A stretch of DNA of 61,449 nt, the filler included, from Chiloscyllium plagiosum (lineage: Eukaryota), in NCBI RefSeq assembly GCF_004010195.1. It is 4 parts of one record of this genome, joined end to end, with 100 filler letters (N's around TTAATTAATTAA, not from the genome) between each part and the next. Parts side by side here need not be neighbours in the genome. Positions count along the whole stretch, not along the records: positions 1 to 19,410 come from NC_057713.1; positions 19,511 to 47,041 come from NC_057713.1; 2 more parts are not named here. The stretch is one strand, 5' to 3'. Shown one piece after another: positions 12,170 through 24,465 of this stretch. A model generated the notes under the pieces. The model saw nothing but the letters and a program-made list of their open reading frames with translations. It made no database searches and was not told where the DNA came from. Made by a program: the position numbers and the translations under genes. Positions within the stretch are counted from its first letter, which is position 1, and the number at the start of each line of letters is the position of its first letter.

Positions 12170-12256
12170 GTGACAATTTAATGAAGGAACTGCAGCAATG
12201 GCTAATGCAATACACATTATGATGCATAAATTGACAATTAAGACCACAAACGACTG
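12170..12256 (+). repeat. 87-bp direct repeat, copy 2
   Basis: identical to 11359-11445. Confidence 0.95.
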
Positions 12257-12387
12257 CCCATTCAAGCAGTGGAAGCTTTTTCTATTTACAAAGAAATTAT
12301 CTTTTGGGATATGGATCTAACCGTACATGCACCATCTTGGGGAAATGAGCTACTAAATGTGTAGCGTTTTTTTCCTTTGTGACTGAT

Positions 12388-12695
12388 CACAGTGGTTAGC
12401 ACTGCTGCCTCACAGCGTCAGGGATCCAGGTTCAAAGCCAGTCTTGGGTAACCCTGTGTGTGGCGTTTGCACATTCTTCCCTTGTCTGCGTCGGTTTCCT
12501 CCGGTTACTCTGGTTTTCTCACACAGTTGAAGAGCTGCAGGTTAGGTGGATTGATCATGCTAAATTGCCCATAGTGTCTGGAGATGTGCAGGCTAGGTGC
12601 ATTGGTCATGTCAAGGGATGCTATTTGGAGAGTCGGTGTGGACATGTTGGGCTGAAAGGCCTGTTTCCACACTGTAGGGATACTGTGATTCTATG
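12388..12695 (+). mobile_element. HE1-type V-SINE
   Basis: cagtggttagcactgctgcctcacag head, V-domain and tail. Confidence 0.85.
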
Positions 12696-13479
12696 AATAA
12701 GAAAATGTAAACAAAGCATGGATGTCTGGTTAAGAGATGTGATTTAGGAATATGTGAGGAGCATAAATAATTATAGCAGCAGTTTTCAGGTCTGGTTAGA
12801 GGACAATGTGAGATTCTATCACAGCTTCCTTGGAGAATCGTAGAGGTGAATTATATTTTTACTTCATGAGCAATAATTTAATGGAGCATGTCCTATCCAA
12901 TTATTATGCTATGTGCAAAAAAAACCTTTTCTCTTTCACAGACAAGTTCCTTTCAGCATTGATTGCACATAGATGAGTGTTACCATCTAGAACAGGCTCT
13001 ACTTGATCCATGAGGATACAAACACCAGTGTTTCACACCTCCTTTAAATATCTCCTCATCTAGAACTTGCAAATTAGAGCTAAAAGTTGCCCTTATGTCC
13101 GCTAAAATCAAAGTGCAGATGGTAGATGAGGTACTGTTTTAGGAATCTGAGAAAAAATAGCAAAGAACTATTGAAATCTGTAGAGTCTGGTACTGGCTGG
13201 CTTGTCTGAGTTTCCAATAAGAGAAAGTATATGATTATGTCTGACTCATACATTCAGACATTCTGACTGTATACTTGGTCACAGCCATATTTTCTTCTGG
13301 GTCCTACTGAACTTTTTGCACAATAAGATTCTCAATAACACATCAAAAAAGTTTAGAACATAACAATATGCTGCAGTAAATGAATAGGCCTCACAACCCA
13401 AAAATATAGAGTGCTTCTTTCTGATCACAGCAGTATTATTGCTACTATGGAAGGATACAACAAGCAAAAATTAAGGACA

Positions 13480-14030
13480 AAATAAAAATCAAAAGAACTG
13501 CAAATGCTGTAAATCAGAAACAAACAGAAATTGCTGGCAACATGTGTGGAAAGAAATCAGAATTATTGTTTCAGGTCCAGTGACCCTTCGTCAGAACATG
13601 AAAAATAATAACAAAATAGGCATCGTACAAGATAGAAGCAGTGGTTATGATCTAAAATTGTTGAGGTCAATATTGAATACAGGAGGCTATGGAGTGTCAA
13701 GGCTAACTTCCCTGGGCTGTTTCTTTCTTTACCCCTTCAATTTGCTATATACCTAATCACAACCCATAACTAGACCCATTACCACTCTCTTTGGCTATTG
13801 CATCTTTGATTAGCTAACCTTTGCTGCCCTCTCAGACATTCACTTTGTACTTCCTGTCCCCTTTATCCCACTTTTTTACTGACGTAAACATTCTTTATCT
13901 CTACCTGCCCTCCTGTTCTGATGGAAGGTCATCAGTCTGAAATGTAGACTCTATTTTCTATTGCAAGATCTGGTAAGTGTCAATTATATTTTAGATTTCC
14001 AGCATCCAGGCTATTTTACTTTATTTTCTG
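13480..14030. mobile_element. PLE family 2 remnant with divergent terminal segments (hammerhead cores at 13566-13598 - and ~13915-13950 +)
   Basis: minus gtt-CTGACGA-a-gggtc-actg-gacct-GAAA; GIY-YIG C-terminal remnant (FNIDLNNF) at ~13655-13690 on the minus strand. Confidence 0.6.
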
Positions 14031-16659
14031 AAGTTAACTTATATTGTTACAGACGTTTGATAAAGTGGGGCAAAAAATATAATCTCTGATCTTTCAAGAA
14101 AATGCTGACATAATTTCACACATTTTACTCAAACAAGAAAACCGGTCCTTGTAATATAAGTACGCCGGATAAAAGTGGAGCCAGACAATTCCAATATTGT
14201 TCGCAGGCGCTGTCACAAATACAGCCGCAACATTCCAGCGGACTTGGAGAGCAGTAGATATTATGATGACAAGTCATTCATCATGGTAGAAGTGGGGATA
14301 AAGGTGGCACATTTGTTTTCAAAAAATTGTAAGATATTGGTGATAAAGAATATTCATTATGTGAAGCCACCAATATCCTAGATGGCTCAGATCAACAGTT
14401 AGGCCTTATGACTCTAGTGAGTCCATTTACATCCTCCAAAGATCTAGACACTGGAATCTTTGCAGTGTCTGTTTCATTAGGTGGTCAAAAGAAAAGGTGG
14501 GATTCTGTCAGGGGAGGCTGTACCTCTGGCCTTGTTTTTCCCTAACCGCATGAACCTAATATGATGTAGCATAATTCCATCACCTCTGATCCCGAGAACT
14601 CCCAACTATCAGCTTTTAGGAAGAGGTGTAACATTTCCAGATCCTGCTCAATTTCCCATATCATCCACTATACTTTTTTTTTGCTGGGAGACCACAGGCC
14701 TTGAGAAAATTCAGAGCAAGTGTATGGTTTGCAGTTTAAAATGCCTTTTTGGTGAAGTTGAACTGTAAATGTCGAGTGTTAGAAGTTAGGGCACAACCAT
14801 TTTTGGGTTTTTGAAGGTTGGAGAGATTGAGCTGTTCATTTGAACAATGGGGTGAGAGGCACAACTGATATTGGATCTTAAGCTTTGGGGGAAGATTGTA
14901 ATTCCTGAGAATTGGGCAGCTGCAGCAATACTCATCAAATATAGAATTAAGAGGAGGCTCCTGCTTCTGCTGCTGCCATGTTCAGGAAATTAAAAAGTCC
15001 TGTTGGTTGCAGCCAAAATGGCATTCCCTTTAAAAAGTGTTGGTTTAGCCATAAATCTCTCATCAGTGGATGCCATAGCAGGTGTTTAACTCCTTATTTA
15101 GATGTGCACAAGTTATAAATCTGTCTCTGCAATTCCATAGCACAGAGATTCTATTTTATGTCCACACCAATGTGGTCGATGATGCTTTTCCAGCACATAA
15201 AGAGTGAACACTCAGGGGAGACCCATGGTGGGGGATCCTTTCTAGTGGTGAAACCTGCCAACAGGCTGACAATGTTGCGGGTACAACTGGGCAGTAAAAG
15301 AGTTTCTTAGTCAAACAGGGAGGCTCTGCACCATGGCTAAAACTTTCCTGCCTAACTCCATTGTTTTGTAGAACACTTCTAGTCTATTATTTTGGAAGCT
15401 TTTAAGAGACTGTCCCTCAGATCACAACACTTGCACAGAAATTCAAAGTTTAAAATCTGCCATTTATGTAGCAGAAAATTGGTATAAGGTTAAGCAGAGA
15501 ACTACAACCTCTAATAGGTTGGAAGAAATGTTATTCCATTTGGAAGAAGTATGGGCCACTGGAAGTTTGCTGGCTTTTTTCTTTTAGTTTCTATTTCACT
15601 TGTTCTTTTGTAATCTAACCATACAATTCCTCTTTTGTCATGGTAGCAATTTGTGGTTGCTTCACTTAAAAAAAGGAAGTTGACTGTTGCTGCTCAAAGG
15701 AGACATTTCTGTCTGTAACTGTGTCTTATAATGACAGGCCCTCTGAGTTTATGAATGTCATCACAGGGCTTAGATGTTGGCCATTCAAATTAGTTGCTTA
15801 TCCATTTATCTCAAGTGCTTGCTGTTTTACTTCTTCACCCACCTCCCTAGAAATGCACACCTGTAGTAATGTTTGTACAAGATACTTCCTTAGTTATCTA
15901 TCCCATCTACTCAAATATATTCTGATTTACTGAATGTTGAAGTGACATATTAGTGGTGGTAAAGGAAAGCAAAAAAAAAGACATTGCAATTGAGGTGTTC
16001 AAATGTTCTGAGACACATCTGTATGATCTTTCTGCTGTACATCCTCTCAGTAAATGCAGAGATTGGTGCTTGAGCAGGTTACTGGGCAATAATAAGACTG
16101 TTGAAGCAGCTACAATTCCTATCCAGTTCTCCAGCAAGGTGAAACCAGACAAAGTAAATTGCAATGGATTAGAGCACAAGTTCTCAAGAGCTCAAATCCA
16201 GCAGCAGTGAAAGAAAATCATTTGATCAAAGAAAGTTCAGCAGTGGCTGTGCACACTATGTCACACTACAAAGATATAGGCTTGTCAACATCTCCATCAA
16301 TTGTAGAGGCTATTTGGCACTATTCAAATTACTGAATGAGTTGCTGAGGCTGAGCTACTGAAGTATATTTGTTATCAGACTTTCATACCTCTGAATCATT
16401 AGGGTCTGTATTTATTGGATTCTATAATCAGCAGGTTCCAGTTCCCAAAATTCCATCCACACCCATGCTCTGTGGGTCATTATTCCTTCTGCTGCAAGTT
16501 GTTGTTCTTGTCTCTACAGAAGTATGTGCCACTGGCTTCTGAGATTGTGACAAAGATTAAGTACTTTAGTCAGCAATTTATTATTTATTTTGACTTTTCT
16601 CTCTAACACTGTGCATATTACACAAAATAAAGTACTGTTAGCTGACTCGTATACACATT

Positions 16660-16887
16660 AGTCAAAAGTGTGGGGCTGGAAAAGCACAGCAGGTCAGGAA
16701 GCATCCGAGGAATAGGAGAGTCGACTTTTCGAGCATACGCTTTCATCAGGAATGACATTCCTGATGAAGAGCTTATGCTCAAAACATTGACTCTCCTGCT
16801 CCTCGGATGCTGCCTGAACTGCTTTGCTTTTCCAGCCCCACACTTTGGACTCTGATCTCTAGCATCTGCAGTCCTCACTTTCTCCTC
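16660..16887. mobile_element. Fold-back PLE-derived insertion (family 1), hammerhead motifs on both strands
   Basis: ~95-bp inverted arms centred on tcaggaatg-a-cattcctga (16755); possible TSD ctcgtatacac/ctcatatatac. Confidence 0.85.
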
Positions 16888-17677
16888 CTCATATATACTA
16901 CAGTATGTCAGAATAATATACACATTATTCTGATATACTGAAGACATTTACATTGACTCATATCTTGGTTTTAATAAACAGAAGTTATTTATTTATTTTC
17001 ATCCATTCATGTGAAGTGGGTGGAACTGTCTACGCCAGCATTTACTGCTCATCTCTAATTACCCTTGGGAAGATTGGAATATAAACTGCTCTTTGAACTG
17101 CTGCAGTTCATGGGGTGCAGATATACATACACAGTGCTATTTGAGAGGGAATTCCAGGATTTTAACCCAGTGGATTGTGAAGGAACAGAAATATAGTTCC
17201 AAGTCAGAATAGTCTGTGGCATCGAGGAGATCTTGCAGGTGGTACTGCTGTCATGTATCTGCTGTCCTGATCCTTCCAGTCGGTAGAGGCCACAGGTTTG
17301 GAAGGTGCTATCATATGCCGTTTGATGAGTTGTTGCAGTGCAGATTCTAGGAGGTACCTACTGCTGGTAGAGTGCACTAATTGAGAAGGAAGTAAACATT
17401 TAAGATGATAGATGCAATGTCATTCAAATGCACTGATATTGTGCATTAATGGTGGTGGAATGGATATTGAAGGTGTTATGTGAGTTGCTTATCAAGTGGA
17501 TTACTTTTTGGGCTTCTTTAGTGCTGTTGGAACTGCTCTCAACCAGGCAAGTGAAGAGTATCCCATCAATCTTCTGACACTAAAAGATGGTGTACCAGCT
17601 TAAAGGAAATCACAAAGCAAGTTACTCCTCACAGAGTCCCAACACCTGACATTTCCTTGTCATCACAATATTTATAT

Positions 17678-17986
17678 AGAACAGAACAGAACAGAACACA
17701 TTACAGTGTGGAAACAGGCCCTTCGGTCCAACAAGTCCACACCGACCCGCCGAAGCGCAACCCACCCATACCCCTACATTTACCCCTTACCTAACACTAC
17801 GGGCAATTTAGCATGGCCAATTCACCTGACCTGCACATCTTTGGACTGTGGGAGGAAACCGGAGCATCCGGAGGAAACCCACGCAGACACGGAGAGAACG
17901 TGCAAACTCTACACAGTCAGTCACCTGAGGCGGGAATTGAATCTGGGTCTCTAGCGCTGTGAGGCAGCAGTGCTAACCACTGTGCC
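17678..17986 (-). mobile_element. HE1-type V-SINE with (GTTCT)n tail
   Basis: near-identical to the reverse complement of 4223-4548. Confidence 0.9.
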
Positions 17987-18137
17987 AGTCTAGGTGGTTC
18001 AGTTCAGCTTATGATTATTAATAACATCCAGGAGAGATTCAGTGACAGTTATGCCATTGAGTGTGAAGAAACAACGGTTAGGTTCTTTATTGTTTGAGAT
18101 GGTCATTGGTTGGCACTCATGTAGCGAATATCATAAA

Positions 18138-18446
18138 ATCATAGAAATCCTAAAGTCTGGAAAGAGGCCGTTTGGCCCATTGAGTTTGCACCAATCCTCC
18201 AAATAGCATCCACTCAGACCCAGCCTCATAATTACTCCATAACCACACACTTACCCTGGCTTATCCAATGAGCCTATACATCTCTGAACACTACGCACGA
18301 TTTCAGTATGGCCAATCCACTTAACCTGCACATCTTTGGAATGAGAACATACATATTCCAAATAGACAATCGCCCAAAGCTGGAATCAAACCCAGGTTCC
18401 TGGTGCTGTGAAGCCGCAGTGCTGACCATTGAGCCACTGTGCTGCC
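18138..18446 (-). mobile_element. HE1-type SINE, diverged and internally deleted
   Basis: head and tail similarity. Confidence 0.75.
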
Positions 18447-18906
18447 TATAATATGTTGTTTGTCACTTCTCAGCTGAAATCTGAATATTGTTTAGGTCTT
18501 GCTGAATTGGGACATGGAGTACTTCAGTATCTGAGGAGCTGTGAATGGTGCTCAGCACTGTGTAACCATCAGCAAATGTCCCCAGTTCTGGCCTCATTAT
18601 TGAAGGAAGGTCATTGATGAAACAGCTGAAAAGGACACTACTTTGAGGAACTCCTGCAGAGGTGTTCTGGATCTGAGATAACTGATCTCCAACTACCACA
18701 ACCTTCCTTCATTATGCCAGATATGACTCCAGCTAGCAGAGTGATTTTCGCTGATTCACACTGACTGCAATTGTTTGAGGGTCCTTGATGACACTTAGCT
18801 AAATGTGGCTTTCATATCAAGGGCTGTCACTCTCACCTCACCTCTGGAATTCAGCTCTCTTTTACATGCTTTCATGAAGGCAGTGATAAGGCCAAGAGCT
18901 GAGTGG

Positions 18907-19410
18907 ACGTGCTCACGTTTCTTCTTCCAGAAGGTGCACAAAGAGAGCTCCGTGCTCAGCAGGCTGAAGGAAGAAGATGGCTCGCTAACGTCATCTCAGG
19001 CTGACGTCATGAGGATCAGTAAATCCTTCTACGCCAGTCTGTATGACGCGAAGCCAACCGACAGCGCGGCCTCCCAGTCATTCCTGTCGTCTATCATGGA
19101 GGTCTTAGACGACAGAACACGGGAGAGGCTGGACCAGCCACTATCTCTGGACGAGCTGACCAAGGTCCTCAAGTCCTTCGAAAAGAATAAAACTCCCGGA
19201 AGCGACGGCTCTGTGGGACTTGATTGGCCAGGACCTGCTGGAGGTGTATGTCAGTATGCTTCGGGCAGGTACCATGAGTGAATCCATGAGGAAAGGCACC
19301 ATCACCCTCGTCTACAAGCGGAAGGGGGAGAGGGAGGAACTCAAAATTGGAGACCAATCTCACTGTTGAATGCAGATTACAAAATTCTGTCAAAGGTAAT
19401 CGCCAACCGG
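18907..19410 (+). mobile_element. Tx1/L1-clade LINE ORF2 fragment (linker to RT N-terminus), cut by a gap
   Basis: CSRFFFQK...FYASLY...LDQPLSLDEL..NKTPGSDG...RKGTITLVYKRKG...WRPISLLNADYKILSKVIANR. Confidence 0.85.
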
Positions 19411-19510
19411 NNNNNNNNNNNNNNNNNNNNNNNNNNNNNNNNNNNNNNNNNNNNTTAATTAATTAANNNNNNNNNNNNNNNNNNNNNNNNNNNNNNNNNN
19501 NNNNNNNNNN
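19411..19510. other. Assembly gap with artificial TTAATTAATTAA linker
   Basis: N44-TTAATTAATTAA-N44, identical at all three gaps. Confidence 0.95.
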
Positions 19511-19662
19511 GCAGTGGTGGACTCTCCCTCTTTATGGGCATTTAAACGGGCATTGAATAGGCATATGGAGAATAGTGGGCTAGTGTAGATTAGGTGGGCT
19601 TGGATTGGCGCAACATTGAGGGCCAAAGGGCCTGTACTGCGCTGTATTTTTCTATGTTCTAT
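19511..19662 (+). mobile_element. CR1 3' end
   Basis: AFKRALN remnant and gggccaaagggcctgtactgcgctgta...ttctatgttctat tail. Confidence 0.75.
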
Positions 19663-19663
19663 A

Positions 19664-21167
19664 ACTTCCCTCGTCAGCCACGGCCACCGATGGCTCGTCC
19701 GAGGATCTTTCTTCCTTTTTGGGATGAACTGATCCTGCAACTTCTGCATTATACACATAAATATCCGCCATTGTTCCTCCACTGTCATCCCTGCTAAGGT
19801 ATTGCACCATTGAACTTTGGCCAGCTCCTCCCTCATAGCTCCATAGTTCCCTTTATTCAACTGAAATATTGTCACTTCCGATTGTACCCTCTCCCTCTCA
19901 AATTGCAGATTGTAGCTTATTGTATTATGGTCACTACTTCCCAATGGCTCCTTCACTTCGAGGTCTCTGACCAATTCTGGTTCGTTACACAATACCAGAT
20001 CCAGAATTGCCTTCTCCCTGGTCGGCTCCAGCACCAGCTGCTCTAAGAATCCATCTCTGAGGCACTCCACAAAGTCTCTTTCTTGTGGCCCAATACCATC
20101 CTGATTCTCCCAGTCTACCTGCATGTTAAAATCCCCCATAACAACTGTAGTGACATCTTTGCGACAGGCCAATTTCAGATCCTGATTTAACTTACATCCG
20201 ACATCCAGACTACTGTTTGGGGGCCTACATGTTGCGCCCTTGGTCCTGACCACTGTTAGGAGGTCTGTACATAACTCCCATTATGGTTTTTTTGCCTTTG
20301 TGGTTTCTCAATTCCACCCACACAGACTCCACATCATCCGACGCTATGTCATTCAGTGCCATAGATTTAATTTTGTTCTTAACTAACAAGGCCACCCCGC
20401 CCCCTCTGCCCACCTCCCTGTCTTTTCGATAAGTTGTAAATCCTTGGATGTTTAACTGCCAGTCCTGAACCCCCTGCAACCATGTCTCTGTGATGCCTAC
20501 CACATCATAATCATTCACGATGATCTGTGCCGTTAGTTCATCTACTTTGTTACGAATGCTACGAGCTTCAGGCAAAGTGCTTTAATGCGAACATTGTTAT
20601 CATTAGAGATATTGGAAGTCATAAGATGTCCTAAGTTATCCTTCCTTTTTGTTGCATTCCTAATCTGCCTCAAGGTTAAATCCACCTGCACACATCCTAT
20701 CCTCCTGCTTATCTTTCCATTTAACTCAATACTCCCTGTCACTTTCACTTTCCCTTCCCCCCAGCTCAGAAGTTTAAAGTCCTACTGACCACCCTATTAT
20801 CCTCTTCGCTAGAACATTGGTACCAGATCGGTTCACGTGGAGACTGTCCCAGTGGTACAGATCCCCCCGGTTCCAAAACTGATGCCAACGCCCCATGAAA
20901 TGGAATCCCTCTTTCCCACACCAATCCCTTAGCCACGTGTTTACTTCCCTAATTTTCTTATTCCTATGCCAATTGGCACGTGATCCGGTGATTATGACCC
21001 TTGAGGACCTGTACTTCAATTAGCTTCCTAGTGCTTGATAATCCCCAAACAAGCCCTCCACCCTAGCTTTGCCTATGTTGTTAGTCCCAACGTGGACCAC
21101 AACAACTGGATCCTCCCCCTCCCGCTCCAATATCCTTTCAAGCCGGTTGGAGATGTCCCGCACCCTG
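19664..21167 (-). mobile_element. CR1 LINE: ORF1 SGNH-esterase end (~20780-21167) and ORF2 APE endonuclease (~19664-20590)
   Basis: VVVHVGTNNIG, DSLHVNRSGT; ARSIRNK, VGITETWL, YRPPNS, VMGDFN, ILDLVL, SDHN. Confidence 0.9.
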
Positions 21168-22019
21168 GGGGATCACTCTGGTAAGATCAACATCAAACTC
21201 CAGAATTGTATCCAGGTCATTGGCTTTTGATTCCTGGCATTAACCTCCATACAATCTCACTGTCATTTGAGCATGTGTCTGAAGGGCTGCCTGACACCAC
21301 TCCTAATTGTCACCTCTTCTGGTACAGCCTCCATTGCAGCATCCAGAAACCATGGAGTATACTCTATTCCATGTTGTGCCACAACATTTTTCCTCTCACC
21401 ACAATGCTTTCAAAGACTACAAGTTAGCTGTAAGCATAACTTTAACTGCAACTTGCAAGCTATGGTGCTGGACTCTGCTGCTGCATTTAATATAGAAACA
21501 GCTTGTTTTGTGCTGGTTTCATACAGCATTCAATCAAATGAATTAGCAGCAGGTATCTGCCTGTTTTTTTTATTGCTCAGTGCAGGTTAATTGTGCATCA
21601 TGATCCTGCATCCGTGACTGTCAGAGACCATCAATTTAACCTTTCATCTTTCAAGTCAGAAAATGCAGATGTACGTAAATTACTTGTTGGCTGGTCTTGA
21701 ACAAAATACTAACAGATTATGAGTCCACCATAATCTCTTCTCAGATTAAAAGGGTGAAGTCTGCCTATGAAAGCTATTATCAAAAGGTTAGGGCTGGAAG
21801 TAACAGAAGTGTGCAGCAAATACTATCACATGGTCAGTTAACTCATTACTGGAAGTAACAGAAAAGACTGCTCATCGCAATATGTACCATTAACTCTTCA
21901 CTTTCAACAAAAAATCTTTTGATCATTTTCAAGTACCAAAGATGCATTTCATTTCCTGATATTCCAAACAATAAAAGAATCATTTTAACATGCCATTGCC
22001 AGGTGAGAAGGGTGAATTA

Positions 22020-22812
22020 GATGCATGTGAGGTGCTGCATTTTGGTAAGGCAACTCAGGGTAAGACTTACACACTCATTGGTCAGGTCCTGGGGAGTGTT
22101 GCCGAACAAAGAGACTTTGGGGTGCAGGTTCATAGTTCATTGAAGGTGGAATTGCAGGTGGGCAGGATAGTGAAAAAGGCGTTTGATATGCTTGACCTTG
22201 ATTTTACTGACCACGTGATAGTATTTGCTGCACAGGAGTTGGGAATTCATGTTGCAGCTGTGCAGGACAATGGTTAGGCTGCCTTTGGAATATTGTTTTC
22301 AAGTCTGGTTTCTGATATGGGAACACTGTTGTTAAACCTTGAAAGGGTTCAGAAAAGACTTACAAGATGGCTGCTAGAGTTGGAAGGCTTGAGCTACAGG
22401 GAGAGATTGAATAATCTGAGGTTATTTTGCCTGGAGCATCAGAGGCTGAGGGGTGACCTTTATAGAGGTTTATAAAATCATGAGAGGCATGAATGGGGTG
22501 AATAGCCAAGATATTTTTCACAACGTAGGGGACATAAGTTTAAGTTGAGGAGGGAATGATTTGAAAAGGACCTAAAGAGCAACTTCTTCACGCAGAGGGT
22601 GGTGAGTGTATAAAATGAGGAAGTAATGGGGGCTGGTACAATTACAACATTTCAAAGGCATCTGGATGGATACATGAATAGAAAGTGTTTAGAGGTATAT
22701 GGGCCAAATACTGGCAAATGGCACTATATCTGTTTAGGATATCTGGTTGGCATAACAAGTTGGACCAAAGTGTCTGTTTCTGTGCTGTACAGCTCTGTGA
22801 CTCTATGACTCT
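22020..22812 (+). mobile_element. CR1 RT C-terminus and 3' end, degenerate
   Basis: CEVLHFG, LERVQKRLTR, RLRGDL, TITTFQRHLDGY; ctatgactct tail. Confidence 0.85.
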
Positions 22813-23159
22813 ACCTCCCCCCCCAAAAAAATGTTTGTCATTTTTAGCATAAGGATCCACAGTCACTAAGAAAAATACAGCTTTCTCATTCTGTTTTTTG
22901 AGCAAGGAGCCAATTATAAGGTTTTCTCAAGTGAAAGAAAGAGCAATGTAATTATCTGATAACCTGAGAAAATAATAAAGTCATGCAGCCATATGCAGAG
23001 GTACAAAGTTAAAAAAAGGATCACATCCAGTACAAAAAGAAGATGAAAGGAATATATAGTACAAAGTGCATAGGGTACCCTTGTGGTATTATGCTTTAAC
23101 TTGAGTTAATAGCTGTTTAATTTGCGTCTTGAATAAACAGCAATAGCTGATTTATTTTC

Positions 23160-23945
23160 AATTTATTTTCAATTCACTTACAGGATATAGCTGATGCTTG
23201 CTGGCTAGCATATATTTCCCATTCCAAGCTGCCATTGAGAATGTGGAGGTGAGCTGCCTTCTTGAACAACTGCAGGTCATGTGCTATAGAAAAACCCACA
23301 ATGCTGTTTGGGAGCAAATTCTAGGATTTTGACCTGTGACAGGGAAGGAATAGTGATATATTTCCAAGTCAGAATGGTGAGTGGCTTGGAGGGGTACCTG
23401 CTGTAGGTGATGTTTCCATATGCCTGCTGCCCTTGTCCTTCTAAATGGAAGTGCTTGTAGATTTGGAAGATGCAGTTTAAGGATCTTTGGTGAATTTCTG
23501 CAGTGCATTTTGTAGATAGTACACATTGCTGCTACTGAATGTTGGTGGTGAAGGGAGTGAAAACTTGTGGATGTAGTGCCAGTCAAGTGGGGTGCTTTGT
23601 CCTGGATAGTGTCAAACTTCTTGAGTGTTGTTCAAGCTGCGCCCATTTAGGCAAGTGGGGAATATTCCATCACATTCCTGACATTTGCCTTGTAGATGGT
23701 GGATAGGCTTTAGGAACTTAGAAGGTGAATTATCTGCTGTAAGATTCCAAGCTTGTGACCTGAGCTCATAGCCACTGCGTTTATGTGGTGAGTCCAGTGA
23801 AGTTTCTGGTCAATGGTAAGTCCCAGGATGTTGATAGTGAGTGATTCAGTGGTGGTAACCCATTGAATGTCAAGGATTGTTGGTTAGACTGTCTCTTACT
23901 GGGGATGGTCATTGTCTGGAATTTGTGTGGCACAAATGTTATTTG
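23160..23945 (-). mobile_element. Ancient LINE 3' region
   Basis: HSLHHQHSVAAMCTIYKMHCRNSPK (ORF 23284-23586). Confidence 0.75.
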
Positions 23946-24368
23946 TGTAGTGTGAATACTTCAGTTCTCCTTTAAATGCTCAGTGTTTGATGTTTCTTTT
24001 TGATCAGTGCTATCACTGGACACTTCCCTTCTTGACATGTTGAGAGGCTCTTTTGCCAACTGTTTCCAACATATCATCAAACATCCATCCCCCTGGTTGG
24101 CAGAAAGCTGTATATTGAAGTACAAGGTGTTTTTTATTTATGTATTTATGTATATTCTCTGTCTGAATTCATTGTTACTAAGCTTAATAATTGCAGGTAA
24201 TGTCTTTCATCTTAAACTTGCCATACAGTTCTAAATTTTAAAAAAGGAGTGGACATTCTTTTCATACCTGACTGGATAGATGAGATTTTGTGACTTTTTA
24301 TAAAATGTTCGTTTCAGTTCAGACAATTTTATTTATTCCTTTAAACAAGAAAATCAATTTTAAAAAAA

Positions 24369-24465
24369 GTTCTGAAGAAGGGACGCTGGACTCAAGATGT
24401 TAAAACTCCTTCCCCTCCACTAATGCTGCCAGACCTGCTGGGTTTCTCCGGCAAATACTGGTCTT
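24369..24465 (+). mobile_element. PLE family 2 short copy with degenerate hammerhead
   Basis: gttctgaagaaggg...gatgttaa...atgctgccagacctgctgggtttctcc. Confidence 0.6.

Larger units (their letters stand above)
16990..18906 (-). mobile_element. Ancient CR1/L2-supergroup LINE (RT to 3' end), interrupted by two HE1 SINEs
   Basis: SAGVPQSSVL..CFINDLPSI...TFADG (ORF 18463-18699). Confidence 0.75.

Noticed and set aside
11359..12256. 87-bp repeats as TSD or LTRs of the enclosed 724 bp
   Set aside because: The enclosed DNA is a mix of old unrelated repeats while the copies are identical, and there are no TG...CA ends.
19455..19466. TTAATTAATTAA as a biological motif
   Set aside because: It is an identical linker centred in every N run.
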